From Bryobacteraceae bacterium (GTDB taxonomy: Bacteria; Acidobacteriota; Terriglobia; Bryobacterales; Bryobacteraceae), in the NCBI GenBank assembly GCA_035552355.1, contig DASZLP010000042.1, positions 727 through 64,726 of the forward strand: a stretch of 64,000 bases of DNA, in the 5' to 3' direction. The notes below the pieces were generated by a model, which saw only the letters and a program-made list of their open reading frames with translations, was not told the DNA's origin and did not search any database. A program made the translations under genes and the position numbers. Numbering within the stretch: the stretch's first letter is position 1; each line of letters starts with the position of its first letter. Positions 52,427 through 61,333 of the stretch are shown here, piece after piece.

Positions 52427-53527
52427 ATGCCGCTCACGATAAAGCCGAAAGAGAACTGCCGCTGGGATCTGGTTTCGCTCGGGGAAGTAATGCTCCGCCT
52501 CGACCCCGCCGCCCATCGCATCCACACCGCGCGCCGTTTTGACGTCTATGAAGGCGGCGGCGAATACAACGTCGCCCGCGGACTCAGGCGCTGCTTCGGC
52601 CTCGACACCGCCATCGTCACCGCATTCGCCGATAACCCGATCGGCCGTCTCGTGGAAGACCTCATCTATCAGGGCGGCGTCGATCAGTCTCTGGTGCAGT
52701 GGGTCGAATACGACGGCGTCGGGCGCACCGTGCGCAACGGTCTCAACTTTACGGAGCGCGGCTTCGGCATCCGCCCCGCGCTCGGCTGTTCGGATCGCGG
52801 CCACACGGCGGTCTCCGCGCTTGTTCCGGGCGAAATCGATTGGGATCGGATATTCTCCGGCTCCGGACAGGGCGCGCGCTGGTTCCATACCGGAGGCATC
52901 TTCACTGCTCTCTCGGAATCGACACCGGAAGTCGCCGTCGAAGCGATGCAATCCGCGCGCCGCAACGGTGTCATCGTGTCCTACGATCTCAACTATCGTC
53001 CTTCGCTCTGGAAGTCGATCGGTGGGAAGAAGCAGGCACAGACGGTGAACCGCCGTCTCGCGCCGCTCGTTGACGTGATGATCGGCAACGAGGAAGACTT
53101 TACCGCCGCGCTCGGCTTCGACGTGGCAGGGATCGGCGAACACGTAACGAACATCGAGGTCGAAAGCTTCCGCCGGATGATCGCGAAAGTCACCGCTGAA
53201 TTCCCATTCAAAGTGGTCGCGACGACGCTGCGGAAGGCCAGCACAGCCGGCGCGAACGACTGGAGCGCGATCTGCTGGTCTGAAGGCGCGTTCTTCGAAT
53301 CGATGTCGCGTCCTGGACTCGGCATCTTCGATCGCGTCGGCGGCGGCGATTCGTTCGCCTCCGGTCTCATCTATGGATTTCTCACCGGGCGCACCCCGCA
53401 GTGGGCTGTCGATTGCGGCGCGGCGCACGGCGCTCTGGCCATGACAACGCCGGGCGACACGAGCATGGCGACGCTCGAAGAAGTCCTCGCGGCGATGCGC
53501 GGGGGCAGCGCCCGCATCTCCCGATAA
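52427..53527 (+). CDS. kdgK: PfkB-family sugar kinase (2-dehydro-3-deoxygluconokinase-like)
   Basis: PfkB C-terminal motif VGGGDSFASGLIYG. Position next to eda. Confidence 0.75.
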   Translation: MPLTIKPKENCRWDLVSLGEVMLRLDPAAHRIHTARRFDVYEGGGEYNVARGLRRCFGLDTAIVTAFADNPIGRLVEDLIYQGGVDQSLVQWVEYDGVGRTVRNGLNFTERGFGIRPALGCSDRGHTAVSALVPGEIDWDRIFSGSGQGARWFHTGGIFTALSESTPEVAVEAMQSARRNGVIVSYDLNYRPSLWKSIGGKKQAQTVNRRLAPLVDVMIGNEEDFTAALGFDVAGIGEHVTNIEVESFRRMIAKVTAEFPFKVVATTLRKASTAGANDWSAICWSEGAFFESMSRPGLGIFDRVGGGDSFASGLIYGFLTGRTPQWAVDCGAAHGALAMTTPGDTSMATLEEVLAAMRGGSARISR

Positions 53528-53530
53528 ACG

Positions 53531-54172
53531 ATGAACAAAGAACAAGTTCGGAAAACCATTCTCGAAACCCGCATCGTGCCGGTCGTGCGGGCCGCCTCCG
53601 CGCAATTGGCGATGGCAGCGGCGGAGGCGGTAGCAGCGGGCGGGATACCGATCGTTGAATTGACGATGACGGTGCCGGGCGCTATCGACCTGATTGCCGC
53701 GCTTTCGCATTCGATGGGATCGAAGGTGCTGATCGGCGCCGGCACGGTGCTCGATCGCGAGACAGCGCAACGATGTCTCGACGCCGGCGCTCAATTCCTC
53801 GTGAGCCCTGGATTTGACTCCGAAACGGTGAGGCTGGCCAACAGCACAGACACGCTCATCATGGCTGGCGCACTGACGCCGACCGAGGTGATCACGGCAT
53901 GGAAGACCGGCGCGGATTTCGTCAAGATCTTTCCGTGTGGCAACGTCGGCGGAGCTGCCTACATCAAAGCCCTCAAGGCCGCGCTGCCGCAAATCCCGAT
54001 GGTGCCGACCGGCGGCGTGAACCTCGATACGGCGGCGGCGTTTCTCGCGGCCGGCGCGTCCGCACTGGGCGTCGGAGGCGAGTTGATTCGCGCCGTGGCG
54101 CTCGAAGCGGGCGACTTCGCTTCGATCAGCGCGCTCGCGAAGCAGTATGTCGAAATCGTGACGGAAGCATGA
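53531..54172 (+). CDS. eda: KDPG / 4-hydroxy-2-oxoglutarate aldolase
   Basis: IVPVVRA.., GIPIVELT, GAQFLVSPG, FVKIFPCGNVGG. 213 aa. Confidence 0.9.
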   Translation: MNKEQVRKTILETRIVPVVRAASAQLAMAAAEAVAAGGIPIVELTMTVPGAIDLIAALSHSMGSKVLIGAGTVLDRETAQRCLDAGAQFLVSPGFDSETVRLANSTDTLIMAGALTPTEVITAWKTGADFVKIFPCGNVGGAAYIKALKAALPQIPMVPTGGVNLDTAAAFLAAGASALGVGGELIRAVALEAGDFASISALAKQYVEIVTEA

Positions 54173-54285
54173 AGCGGTCGTTCCCTGTGCTTTTTTAACA
54201 CCTTGCCGCTTGCATTCGGCGATCGACACTCATAGAGTTGAGGCAACAGAATCGCTTTTACGGGCTGGATCGAAAGGAGTGTTTT

Positions 54286-54606
54286 ATGTATCGTCTCCTG
54301 ATCGTTGCGCTGCTCACCGTGGCGGCGCCCGCCTGCAACGCCTTCGCCGCCGGCGCGTTTCCCTGGTTCCATACAAGGCCCAAATCCGTAGTCCTCGACG
54401 ACCCGGCGCCGTCTGTCTCGACACGTGTTGCATATCACGGAAGTGCGGTCTATCCCGGCACCGGGCGCCTCTATTTTGTGGACGGCGTTGATCGCCTGAA
54501 GCAGGAGCAATCGGCGAAATTCCATCTGTCCACCATATTTCCGATCAACTGGCTGACAGGCTGGAACTCCCCTAAGGCAAGTACTCCGCGATCGAAATCG
54601 AAGTAG
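54286..54606 (+). CDS. Small secreted hypothetical protein
   Basis: AAGGAG Shine-Dalgarno, then ATG 54286 giving signal peptide MYRLLIVALLTVAAPACNAFA. Confidence 0.6.
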   Translation: MYRLLIVALLTVAAPACNAFAAGAFPWFHTRPKSVVLDDPAPSVSTRVAYHGSAVYPGTGRLYFVDGVDRLKQEQSAKFHLSTIFPINWLTGWNSPKASTPRSKSK

Positions 54607-54617
54607 TGTTATCCTGA

Positions 54618-54797
54618 GCTTTCTGGTAGAGGTGCGGCGGCCAAAACCGCGCGTGGATTTCCCGTGATCCCGGGATGCGCGCCGGAAGGGGCCAGTCGCC
54701 GAAATCGGCGCGGTGGATTAAACCGCAACGGTTGGGGACGCGAGTTAAATCTCCGTCACTGTCACCCGGTGAAAACCGGGTGGAGCGCTATCGGGAT
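54618..54797 (+). promoter_or_regulatory. Lysine riboswitch (L-box)
   Basis: GGTAGAGGTGCG ... GGAAGGGGCCAGTCGCCGAAAT ... CACTGTCACCCGGTGAAAACCGGGTGGAGCGCTATC reproduce the conserved L-box cores and P1 closure. Lies upstream of lysine biosynthesis genes. Confidence 0.8.
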
Positions 54798-54863
54798 AGT
54801 GAAGTTTTGTAGTCCCTCCTCACTAGTCCAGTAGCGTTCCCATCTCTACTTTGTGCGCTGTGG

Positions 54864-54897
54864 CGCGGGCCATCGTTTTTCGTGGCCTGCGGCTTTT
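54864..54897 (+). terminator. Possible riboswitch expression-platform terminator
   Basis: CGCGGGCCA-TCGTTTTTCG-TGGCCTGCG followed by GCTTTTG, 26 nt before ATG 54923. Confidence 0.35.
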
Positions 54898-54922
54898 GAC
54901 GTTTGACGACCGAGAAACCGAG

Positions 54923-55939
54923 ATGGAAGACGTATTCAAGCTGACGCGGACCCTGATCGACATCCCATCCGTCACGCCGGAAGAAGCGGCGGTCGGCGAA
55001 TGGCTCTATCGCTATCTCTCCGATCTCGCGGCGCGCCACAATGGAATCGCCGAGAAACACGAAGTCGAGCCCAACCGCTACAACGTCTACGCGCAGTTCG
55101 GCGAGCCCGTCGTCACGCTCTCCACGCACATGGACACCGTTCCGCCTTTCATCCCGTCGAGTGAAGACGAGGAATTCATCCGTGGCCGCGGGGCCTGCGA
55201 CACCAAAGGCATCATCGCTTCGATGCTCGTCGCGGCGGAACGTTTACTCGCGCGCGGCACCCGCAACATCGCGCTGCTGTTCGTAGTCGGCGAGGAACGA
55301 AACAGCGCCGGAGCTCAATATGCGGCCCTCAATCCGCGCGGCTCGAAATTTATCATCAACGGCGAGCCGACGGAAAACCAGCTCGCGCTCGGATCCAAAG
55401 GCGCTCTGCGTTACGAGATCGTCGCGCGTGGACGCATGGCCCACTCCGCTTATCCGGAACTCGGCGAGTCGGCGATCGACAAGCTGCTTGATGCGCTGGC
55501 GTCGATACGCAAAATTGAGTTACCGGTCGACCCTGTGCTCGGGCCGAGCACCCTCAATATCGGCACCATTCACGGCGGCCGCGCTCCGAATGTGATTCCG
55601 GACGAAGCCCGCGCGGAGATTTTTATCCGTCTGGTCGGCGAGTCGGCGGGCACGCGCGAGGCACTGCGCGAGGCTATCGGCGATAAGGCCGATCTCAACT
55701 TCGTCCTCGAAATTCCGGCGCTTCGGCTCACCGCTGTCAAAGGACTCCCCACGACCGTCGTCGCCTACACCACCGACATCCCGGCGTTTCAGGGCGCGTG
55801 GGGGCGGCCGCTTCTGCTCGGACCCGGCACGATTCACGTTGCCCACACGCTCGAAGAGCGCGTCCCGAAGCGGCAACTGCTCGACGCCGTCGAAATCTAC
55901 CAGCGCATGGTCATTCAGCTACAGGCAAATCAACTATGA
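54923..55939 (+). CDS. M20-family metallohydrolase (ArgE/DapE-like; probable succinyl-diaminopimelate desuccinylase role)
   Basis: ATG 54923 gives MEDVFKLTRTLIDIPSVTPEE. STHMDTVP and GRGACDTKG motifs. Function inferred from operon context. Confidence 0.8.
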   Translation: MEDVFKLTRTLIDIPSVTPEEAAVGEWLYRYLSDLAARHNGIAEKHEVEPNRYNVYAQFGEPVVTLSTHMDTVPPFIPSSEDEEFIRGRGACDTKGIIASMLVAAERLLARGTRNIALLFVVGEERNSAGAQYAALNPRGSKFIINGEPTENQLALGSKGALRYEIVARGRMAHSAYPELGESAIDKLLDALASIRKIELPVDPVLGPSTLNIGTIHGGRAPNVIPDEARAEIFIRLVGESAGTREALREAIGDKADLNFVLEIPALRLTAVKGLPTTVVAYTTDIPAFQGAWGRPLLLGPGTIHVAHTLEERVPKRQLLDAVEIYQRMVIQLQANQL

Positions 55940-56982
55940 AGAAAATCCCCGTCGGCATTCTCGGCGCCACCGGCATGGTGGGCCAGCACTTCATTAAGTT
56001 CCTCGATGGTCACCCGCTGTTCGAGCTCACGTGGCTCGGCGCGAGCGAACGCTCCGCTGGCAAGCGCTACTCCGAGGCCGCGAAGTGGCATCTCTCCGCA
56101 ACCACTCCCGCAGGCATCGCCGGGCTCAAAGTCGAAGAAGCAAAACCTGGCAATGCGCCGCAGCTGGTGTTCTCGGCGATGGACGCGTCAGTCGCTACCG
56201 AAATCGAACAGGTATTCGCGAACGCCGGCCATACCGTCGTGTCCAACTCGCGCAATCACCGGATGGAGCGCGATGTGCCGCTGCTCGTCCCCGAGCTCAA
56301 TCCGGACCATCTGAAGCTTCTGCCCGCGCAGCAGAAAGCGCGCGGCTGGAAGGGACAAATCGTCACGAATCCCAACTGCTCGACGATCGTGCTGACAATG
56401 GCGCTCGGACCGCTGAAGCAGTTCGGCATCACACGCGTGGTCGCCACGACGCTGCAAGCGATCTCCGGCGCTGGTTACCCCGGTGTAGCCTCGATGGACA
56501 TCATCGCCAACGTCGTCCCTTATATCGGCAACGAAGAAGAGAAGATGCAGCAGGAGACGCAGAAGATTCTCGGCGCGTTCGCGGGCGATCGCATCGACGA
56601 TCTTCCGGCAAAGGTCAGCGCGCACTGCAACCGCGTGCCGGTGGTGGACGGACACACAGTGACAGTCTCCGTCGAACTTTCCAGCAAGCCGACGGAAGCC
56701 GATCTGCGCAACGCCTTCGAAACGTTCTGTGCCGTTCCGCAGCAGCGCAATCTGGTGAGCGCGCCGAAGCGCCCGGTGCAGTACATGACTGAGCAGGACC
56801 GTCCGCAACCGCGCAAGGACGCCGAACGGGAGCGCGGCATGGCGACTTTCGTCGGAAGGCTGCGCGCGTGTCCGGTGCTCGACTGGAAATTCGTGTCGCT
56901 CGGGCACAACACGATTCGCGGGGCGGCCGGCGCGGCTGTGCTCAATGCCGAGCTCCTGCATTCCGAAGGGCTGCTTGGATGA
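55936..56982 (+). CDS. asd: Aspartate-semialdehyde dehydrogenase
   Basis: MKKIPVGILGATGMVGQ, active-site NPNCSTI and HCNRVPVVDGH. ATGA overlap with the upstream gene. Confidence 0.9.
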   Translation: MKKIPVGILGATGMVGQHFIKFLDGHPLFELTWLGASERSAGKRYSEAAKWHLSATTPAGIAGLKVEEAKPGNAPQLVFSAMDASVATEIEQVFANAGHTVVSNSRNHRMERDVPLLVPELNPDHLKLLPAQQKARGWKGQIVTNPNCSTIVLTMALGPLKQFGITRVVATTLQAISGAGYPGVASMDIIANVVPYIGNEEEKMQQETQKILGAFAGDRIDDLPAKVSAHCNRVPVVDGHTVTVSVELSSKPTEADLRNAFETFCAVPQQRNLVSAPKRPVQYMTEQDRPQPRKDAERERGMATFVGRLRACPVLDWKFVSLGHNTIRGAAGAAVLNAELLHSEGLLG

Positions 56983-56986
56983 TGGA

Positions 56987-57013
56987 GATGGTGGCACAGG
57001 CTTCAGCCTGTGG
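56987..57013. repeat. Palindromic intergenic repeat unit shared with the 17.9-kb element
   Basis: GATGGTGGCACAGGCTTCAGCCTGT matches 17927-17951 at 24/25 positions. It forms the hairpin CACAGGC-TTCA-GCCTGTG between asd and lysC. Confidence 0.55.
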
Positions 57014-57022
57014 TTCTTTCCA

Positions 57023-58393
57023 ATGATCGTAATGAAATTCGGCGGCACCTCCGTCGAATCGGCCGCCGCAATCGAACGCGTCGCATCCATCGTGAAGGCG
57101 CGCACCCACCGGAAGCCCATCGTGGTCGTCTCCGCCATGGGCAAGACCACCAACAAGCTCCTCGCGATCGCCAATGCGGCCATCAGGGGCAAACGCGACG
57201 ACTACATCCGCCAGCTTCACGACCTGCGCGACTTCCACTCGCGCGAAGCCCGCCAGGTGGTCCCGCTGTCGCATCGGGCCGAGCTCGACCGGACGCTCGA
57301 CGATCACTTCCAGGAAATGACCGAGCTTGTGAAGGGGATCGCGGTCCTTGGCGAACTGACGCCGCGCTCGATCGATGCGATCTCGAGTTACGGCGAGCGC
57401 CTCTCGAGCTACATCGTCGCGCTGGCCTTCGAACACTTCGGACTCCCCTCGGCGCACCTCGACTCGCGCCGTGTGATCGTCACCGATCGCCGCCACACGC
57501 AGGCCGCGCCGATCTTTGCCGAGACATACAAGCGCCTCAGGGAGATCGTGCCGCCGCTCGCCGCCGGAAAGGCCGTTGTAATGGGCGGCTTCATCGCCTC
57601 CACCGAAGATGGCGTCACGTCCACTCTCGGACGCGGCGGCTCGGATTTTACCGCCTCCATCGTGGGCGCGGGTGTCGATGCCGAAGAAATCCAGATCTGG
57701 ACGGACGTCGACGGGATGCTCACCGCCGATCCAACCATCCTGCCGGGTGGGCATCGCGTGAAGACGATCTCGTTCGCCGAAGCCGCCGAACTGGCATATT
57801 TCGGCGCCAAAGTACTGCATCCCTCGACCGTGATCCCCGCGATCGAGCGCGACATCCCCGTGCTGATTCTCAACTCGCGCCGACCGGACGCGGAAGGCAC
57901 GCGGATCGTGTCTGCCTCCGTGCATTGCTCGAACGCCGTCAAGTCGATCGCCTGCAAGCGCAGGATCACGCTGGTGAACATTCACTCGACGCGCATGCTG
58001 ATGGCGCACGGATTCCTGCGGCGCATCTTCGAAATCTTCGACCGGCACGAAACGCCGGTGGATATGGTCGCGACCAGCGAAGTCAGCGTCTCGCTCACCA
58101 TCGACAACACGGCCCGGATTCAGAACATCCGGCGCGAGCTTGGCGAGTTTTCGGAGGTGGAGCTCGAACCCGACCAGGCGATCGTCTGTCTGGTGGGAGA
58201 GAACATCCGTTACACTCCTGGAGTGGCGTCCCGCGTCTTCAGCGCGCTGCGCGGCACCAATATCCAGATGATCTCGCAGGGCGCATCGCGGCTGAACCTC
58301 AGCGTCGTCGTCTCCGAGAAGGACCTTCGGCAGGCCGTCGAAGCCCTCCACACGGAATTCTTCTCTCAACTCGACCCGCAGGTTTTTGAATGA
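57023..58393 (+). CDS. lysC: Aspartate kinase
   Basis: MIVMKFGGTSVESAAAIERV; C-terminal ACT domains. 456 aa. Confidence 0.9.
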   Translation: MIVMKFGGTSVESAAAIERVASIVKARTHRKPIVVVSAMGKTTNKLLAIANAAIRGKRDDYIRQLHDLRDFHSREARQVVPLSHRAELDRTLDDHFQEMTELVKGIAVLGELTPRSIDAISSYGERLSSYIVALAFEHFGLPSAHLDSRRVIVTDRRHTQAAPIFAETYKRLREIVPPLAAGKAVVMGGFIASTEDGVTSTLGRGGSDFTASIVGAGVDAEEIQIWTDVDGMLTADPTILPGGHRVKTISFAEAAELAYFGAKVLHPSTVIPAIERDIPVLILNSRRPDAEGTRIVSASVHCSNAVKSIACKRRITLVNIHSTRMLMAHGFLRRIFEIFDRHETPVDMVATSEVSVSLTIDNTARIQNIRRELGEFSEVELEPDQAIVCLVGENIRYTPGVASRVFSALRGTNIQMISQGASRLNLSVVVSEKDLRQAVEALHTEFFSQLDPQVFE

Positions 58394-59067
58394 CCATCGC
58401 CATCATCGGATACGGGAAAATGGGTCATATGATCGAGAGCCTCGCGGCGAAGCGCGGAATCGCGGTCGGCCCGAAACTCGACGTAAACGATACGATCGAC
58501 ACGGTCAGCCTGGGCGGCGCGGACGTCGCCATCGAGTTTTCCACGCCCGCCGCGGTCGTCGGGAATATCGAAAAGATCGCCGCCGCCGGCGTTAACGTCG
58601 TGGTCGGCACAACCGGCTGGCAGGACCACATTGGGCATGTGAAGGACGTTGTGGCGCGGCATGGAATAGGTCTGGTCTGGAGTCCAAACTATTCGGTTGG
58701 CGTCAACGCCTTCTTCCGCATCGTCGACGAAGCCGCGAAGTTGCTGGCGACCGAAGCGGATTACGAGGCCTGGGCGTGGGAGATTCATCACTCCGCAAAG
58801 AAAGACGCGCCTTCCGGTACGCTCGTCAAGCTGGTCGCTGACATGAAGAAGGCGGGCTATACTGGCCCGATTGATGTCTCGTCCAGCCGCGCAGGCACTA
58901 TTGCCGGCACGCATGAAATCGGTTTCGACAGCGCCGCGGACACGATCACCCTGCGGCATACCGCGCGGGGCCGTGAGGGCTTCGCATCAGGCGCGCTCAA
59001 GGCCGCCGAGTGGATCGCGGGCAAAAAAGGTTTTCACGAGTTCGCAGACATACTATTTCGGCAATAA
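58390..59067 (+). CDS. dapB: 4-hydroxy-tetrahydrodipicolinate reductase
   Basis: IAIIGYGKMG and EIHHSAKKDAPSGT motifs. ATGA overlap with lysC. Confidence 0.9.
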   Translation: MTIAIIGYGKMGHMIESLAAKRGIAVGPKLDVNDTIDTVSLGGADVAIEFSTPAAVVGNIEKIAAAGVNVVVGTTGWQDHIGHVKDVVARHGIGLVWSPNYSVGVNAFFRIVDEAAKLLATEADYEAWAWEIHHSAKKDAPSGTLVKLVADMKKAGYTGPIDVSSSRAGTIAGTHEIGFDSAADTITLRHTARGREGFASGALKAAEWIAGKKGFHEFADILFRQ

Positions 59068-59078
59068 GGAGGTGGCAC

Positions 59079-59972
59079 ATGTTTACAGGATGTGGAACAG
59101 CAATGGTGACTCCGTTCCGCAAGGACGGCTCGCTGGATGAATCGACTCTCCGCGGGCTCGTACGCCGCCAGATCGATCAGGGCATCGACTTCCTCGTACC
59201 CTGCGGCACTACCGGCGAGAGCCCGACGCTGACACGCGAAGAGCATTTGCGCGTCGTTCAGATCACGATCGAGGAGGCCGGCGGCAAGACGCCTGTCCTC
59301 GCGGGCGCCGGCGGCAACAACACGCACGAAGTTATCGAGCTCGCCCGCGCATGCGAAAAGCTCGGCGCCGAGGGCATTCTCTCGGTAACACCCTACTACA
59401 ACAAAGCCACTCAGGAAGGACTCTTCCTGCACTACTCAGCAATCGCCGCTGCCATCAAAATTCCGATCATTCTTTACAGCGTGCAGGGACGCACCGGCGT
59501 TAACATCGAGCCCGCAACCGTCGTTCGCCTCGCTCAGATTCCCAACATCGTCGGCATTAAGGAAGCGTCAGGCAACATTACGCAGATCGCGGAAATTATC
59601 CATCGCGTGCCGGAGAAGTTCATCGTGCTTTCGGGCGACGACGCGATGACCATTCCGGTGATGGCGCTCGGCGGACGCGGCATCGTTTCCGTCGTCTCAA
59701 ATCAAATTCCTGGCGCGATGTCCGAGCTCGCGCGCCTTGCGAACAACGGAGACTTCGCGGGAGCGCGGAAGGTCCAGCGCCAATACATGCCGCTGATGCA
59801 GGTGAACTTTACCGAGGCCAATCCGATTCCCGTCAAATGGGCAATGTCGGTGATGGGACTTCTCGAACCGGTTTACCGGCTGCCGATGGTGGAGCCGGCG
59901 CCGGCGAACAGGAAGAAGATCGCGGAAGTGATCGAGCAGGTTGGGTTGATGGCGGCGGCCGGGACGCGTTGA
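59079..59972 (+). CDS. dapA: 4-hydroxy-tetrahydrodipicolinate synthase
   Basis: AAGGAGGTG Shine-Dalgarno, then ATG 59079 giving MFTGCGTAMVTPF. VPCGTTGESPTLT motif. Confidence 0.9.
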   Translation: MFTGCGTAMVTPFRKDGSLDESTLRGLVRRQIDQGIDFLVPCGTTGESPTLTREEHLRVVQITIEEAGGKTPVLAGAGGNNTHEVIELARACEKLGAEGILSVTPYYNKATQEGLFLHYSAIAAAIKIPIILYSVQGRTGVNIEPATVVRLAQIPNIVGIKEASGNITQIAEIIHRVPEKFIVLSGDDAMTIPVMALGGRGIVSVVSNQIPGAMSELARLANNGDFAGARKVQRQYMPLMQVNFTEANPIPVKWAMSVMGLLEPVYRLPMVEPAPANRKKIAEVIEQVGLMAAAGTR

Positions 59973-59981
59973 GGGCTGCGG

Positions 59982-60044
59982 TTGATTCCGAAGGACCTCT
60001 CCGACCAGGTCGACCACTACCTGTACGGCACGCCGAAGCGTTGA
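59982..60044 (+). pseudogene. Relic of an antitoxin C-terminus (20 codons)
   Basis: TTG 59982 gives (M)IPKDLSDQVDHYLYGTPKR-stop. The stop overlaps the start of the PIN relic (TTGA). Only the tail of an antitoxin-like sequence remains after the dapA stop. Confidence 0.4.
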
Positions 60045-60459
60045 GACGGGTATTCGCCGACACTGTTTATTGGCTCGCGATCTTCATTCCGGCGATGCAT
60101 GGTCGACCGCCGCGAGCACGTTCGATGGGTCGGATGCGGTGCTTGTTACGACTGAAGAAGTCCTGGGTGAGTTCCTGACGGCCGTTTCTGCGCACGGCGA
60201 TCACACAAGACGTCTCGCGTGCCAACTTGTCCGCGGGATACTCAATGACTCGCAGATTGAAGTAGTTGTTCAGTCGCACGAATCGTTTCTCGCCGGTCTT
60301 GCTCTCTACGAAAGGCGTCCCGACAAACAGTACAGCCTGGCCGATTGCATCTCAATGAACGTCATGCGGCAGCATCAAATCGACGAAGTTCTCACAAGCG
60401 ATCGGCACTTCGCCCCGGAAGGATTCAAGCGGCTTCTGAATCGGCGTTTGACATCATAG
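60041..60459 (+). pseudogene. Frameshifted PIN-domain toxin (VapC-like)
   Basis: TTG 60041 gives (M)RRVFADTVYWLAIFIP. The frame then shifts by one G at 60091-60092 to GDAWSTAAS..AVLVTTEEVLGEFL..LADCISMNVM..VLTSDRHF (ORF 60070..60459). Confidence 0.65.
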
Positions 60460-60465
60460 AGAACT

Positions 60466-61329
60466 ATGAATCGCGCCGCGACTGACACCCTCCAAACCCG
60501 GATCGAACAGCTCTTCGACAGTCCGCCATCTGCCTGCACCCCGGACCATTTCTCCCTGTTCGCAATCTTCAAACAGGGCGTCAACGCCGGCACGATTCGC
60601 GCCGCGGAACCGGACGCCTCCGTCGCAGCCAGCGGATGGCGTGTCAATGCGTGGGTAAAAAAGGGCATCCTTCTCGGATTCCGCATGGGCGGTATCGTCG
60701 ACATGTCGATCGACGCCGTCCGGCAGCCCTTCTTCGACAAATCGACCTACCCGGTGCGCCAGATGACCCCGGCCGATGGTGTGCGGATTGTCCCCGGCGG
60801 GTCGAGCATCCGCGATGCAAGTTATATCGGCAAAGGCGTGATCTGCATGCCGCCGATGTATGTCAATGTCGGCGCTTACGTCGGAGACGGCACGATGATC
60901 GATTCGCACGCGCTCGTCGGAAGCTGCGCGCAGGTCGGCCGTAACTGCCACATCTCGGCCGCTTCGCAAATCGGCGGCGTCATCGAGCCTGTCGGCGCGC
61001 TGCCCGTCATTGTCGAGGACGGCGTCCTGGTCGGCGGCAATTGCGGCATCTATGAAGGGACCGTCGTCAAAACGCAGGCGGTGCTTGGCACGGGCACGAT
61101 CCTCAATAAGTCGACGCCCGTTTACGATCTCGTGCTCGGGAAGATCTATCGCGCCACAGACGATCAGCCGCTCGTCATTCCGGAAGGCGCCGTCGTGATT
61201 GCCGGCTCGCGCGCCGTCACCATCGGGCCGGGGCGCGACTGGGGCATCTCGATCTACACGCCCGTGATTGTGAAGTATCGCGATGACAAGACGGGCGCGA
61301 GAATCCAGCTTGAAGATCTGTTGCGGTAA
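60466..61329 (+). CDS. dapD: 2,3,4,5-tetrahydropyridine-2,6-dicarboxylate N-succinyltransferase
   Basis: GWRVNAWVKKGILLGFRMG plus left-handed beta-helix hexapeptide repeats. 287 aa. Confidence 0.9.
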   Translation: MNRAATDTLQTRIEQLFDSPPSACTPDHFSLFAIFKQGVNAGTIRAAEPDASVAASGWRVNAWVKKGILLGFRMGGIVDMSIDAVRQPFFDKSTYPVRQMTPADGVRIVPGGSSIRDASYIGKGVICMPPMYVNVGAYVGDGTMIDSHALVGSCAQVGRNCHISAASQIGGVIEPVGALPVIVEDGVLVGGNCGIYEGTVVKTQAVLGTGTILNKSTPVYDLVLGKIYRATDDQPLVIPEGAVVIAGSRAVTIGPGRDWGISIYTPVIVKYRDDKTGARIQLEDLLR

Positions 61330-61333
61330 GCGC

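Noticed and set aside
52298-54229. 643-aa minus-strand ORF spanning the kdgK and eda region
   Set aside because: It lies antisense to two genes with clear family motifs (PfkB GGGDSF, Eda KIFPCG). Its translation is Arg/His/Gly-rich and motif-free. The same reasoning applies to 18068..19627(+), 23509..25002(-), 10989..12236(+), 42071..43132(+), 42981..44267(+), 44421..45524(+), 56942..58369(-), 60454..61398(-), 61283..62509(+) and 62448..63419(-).
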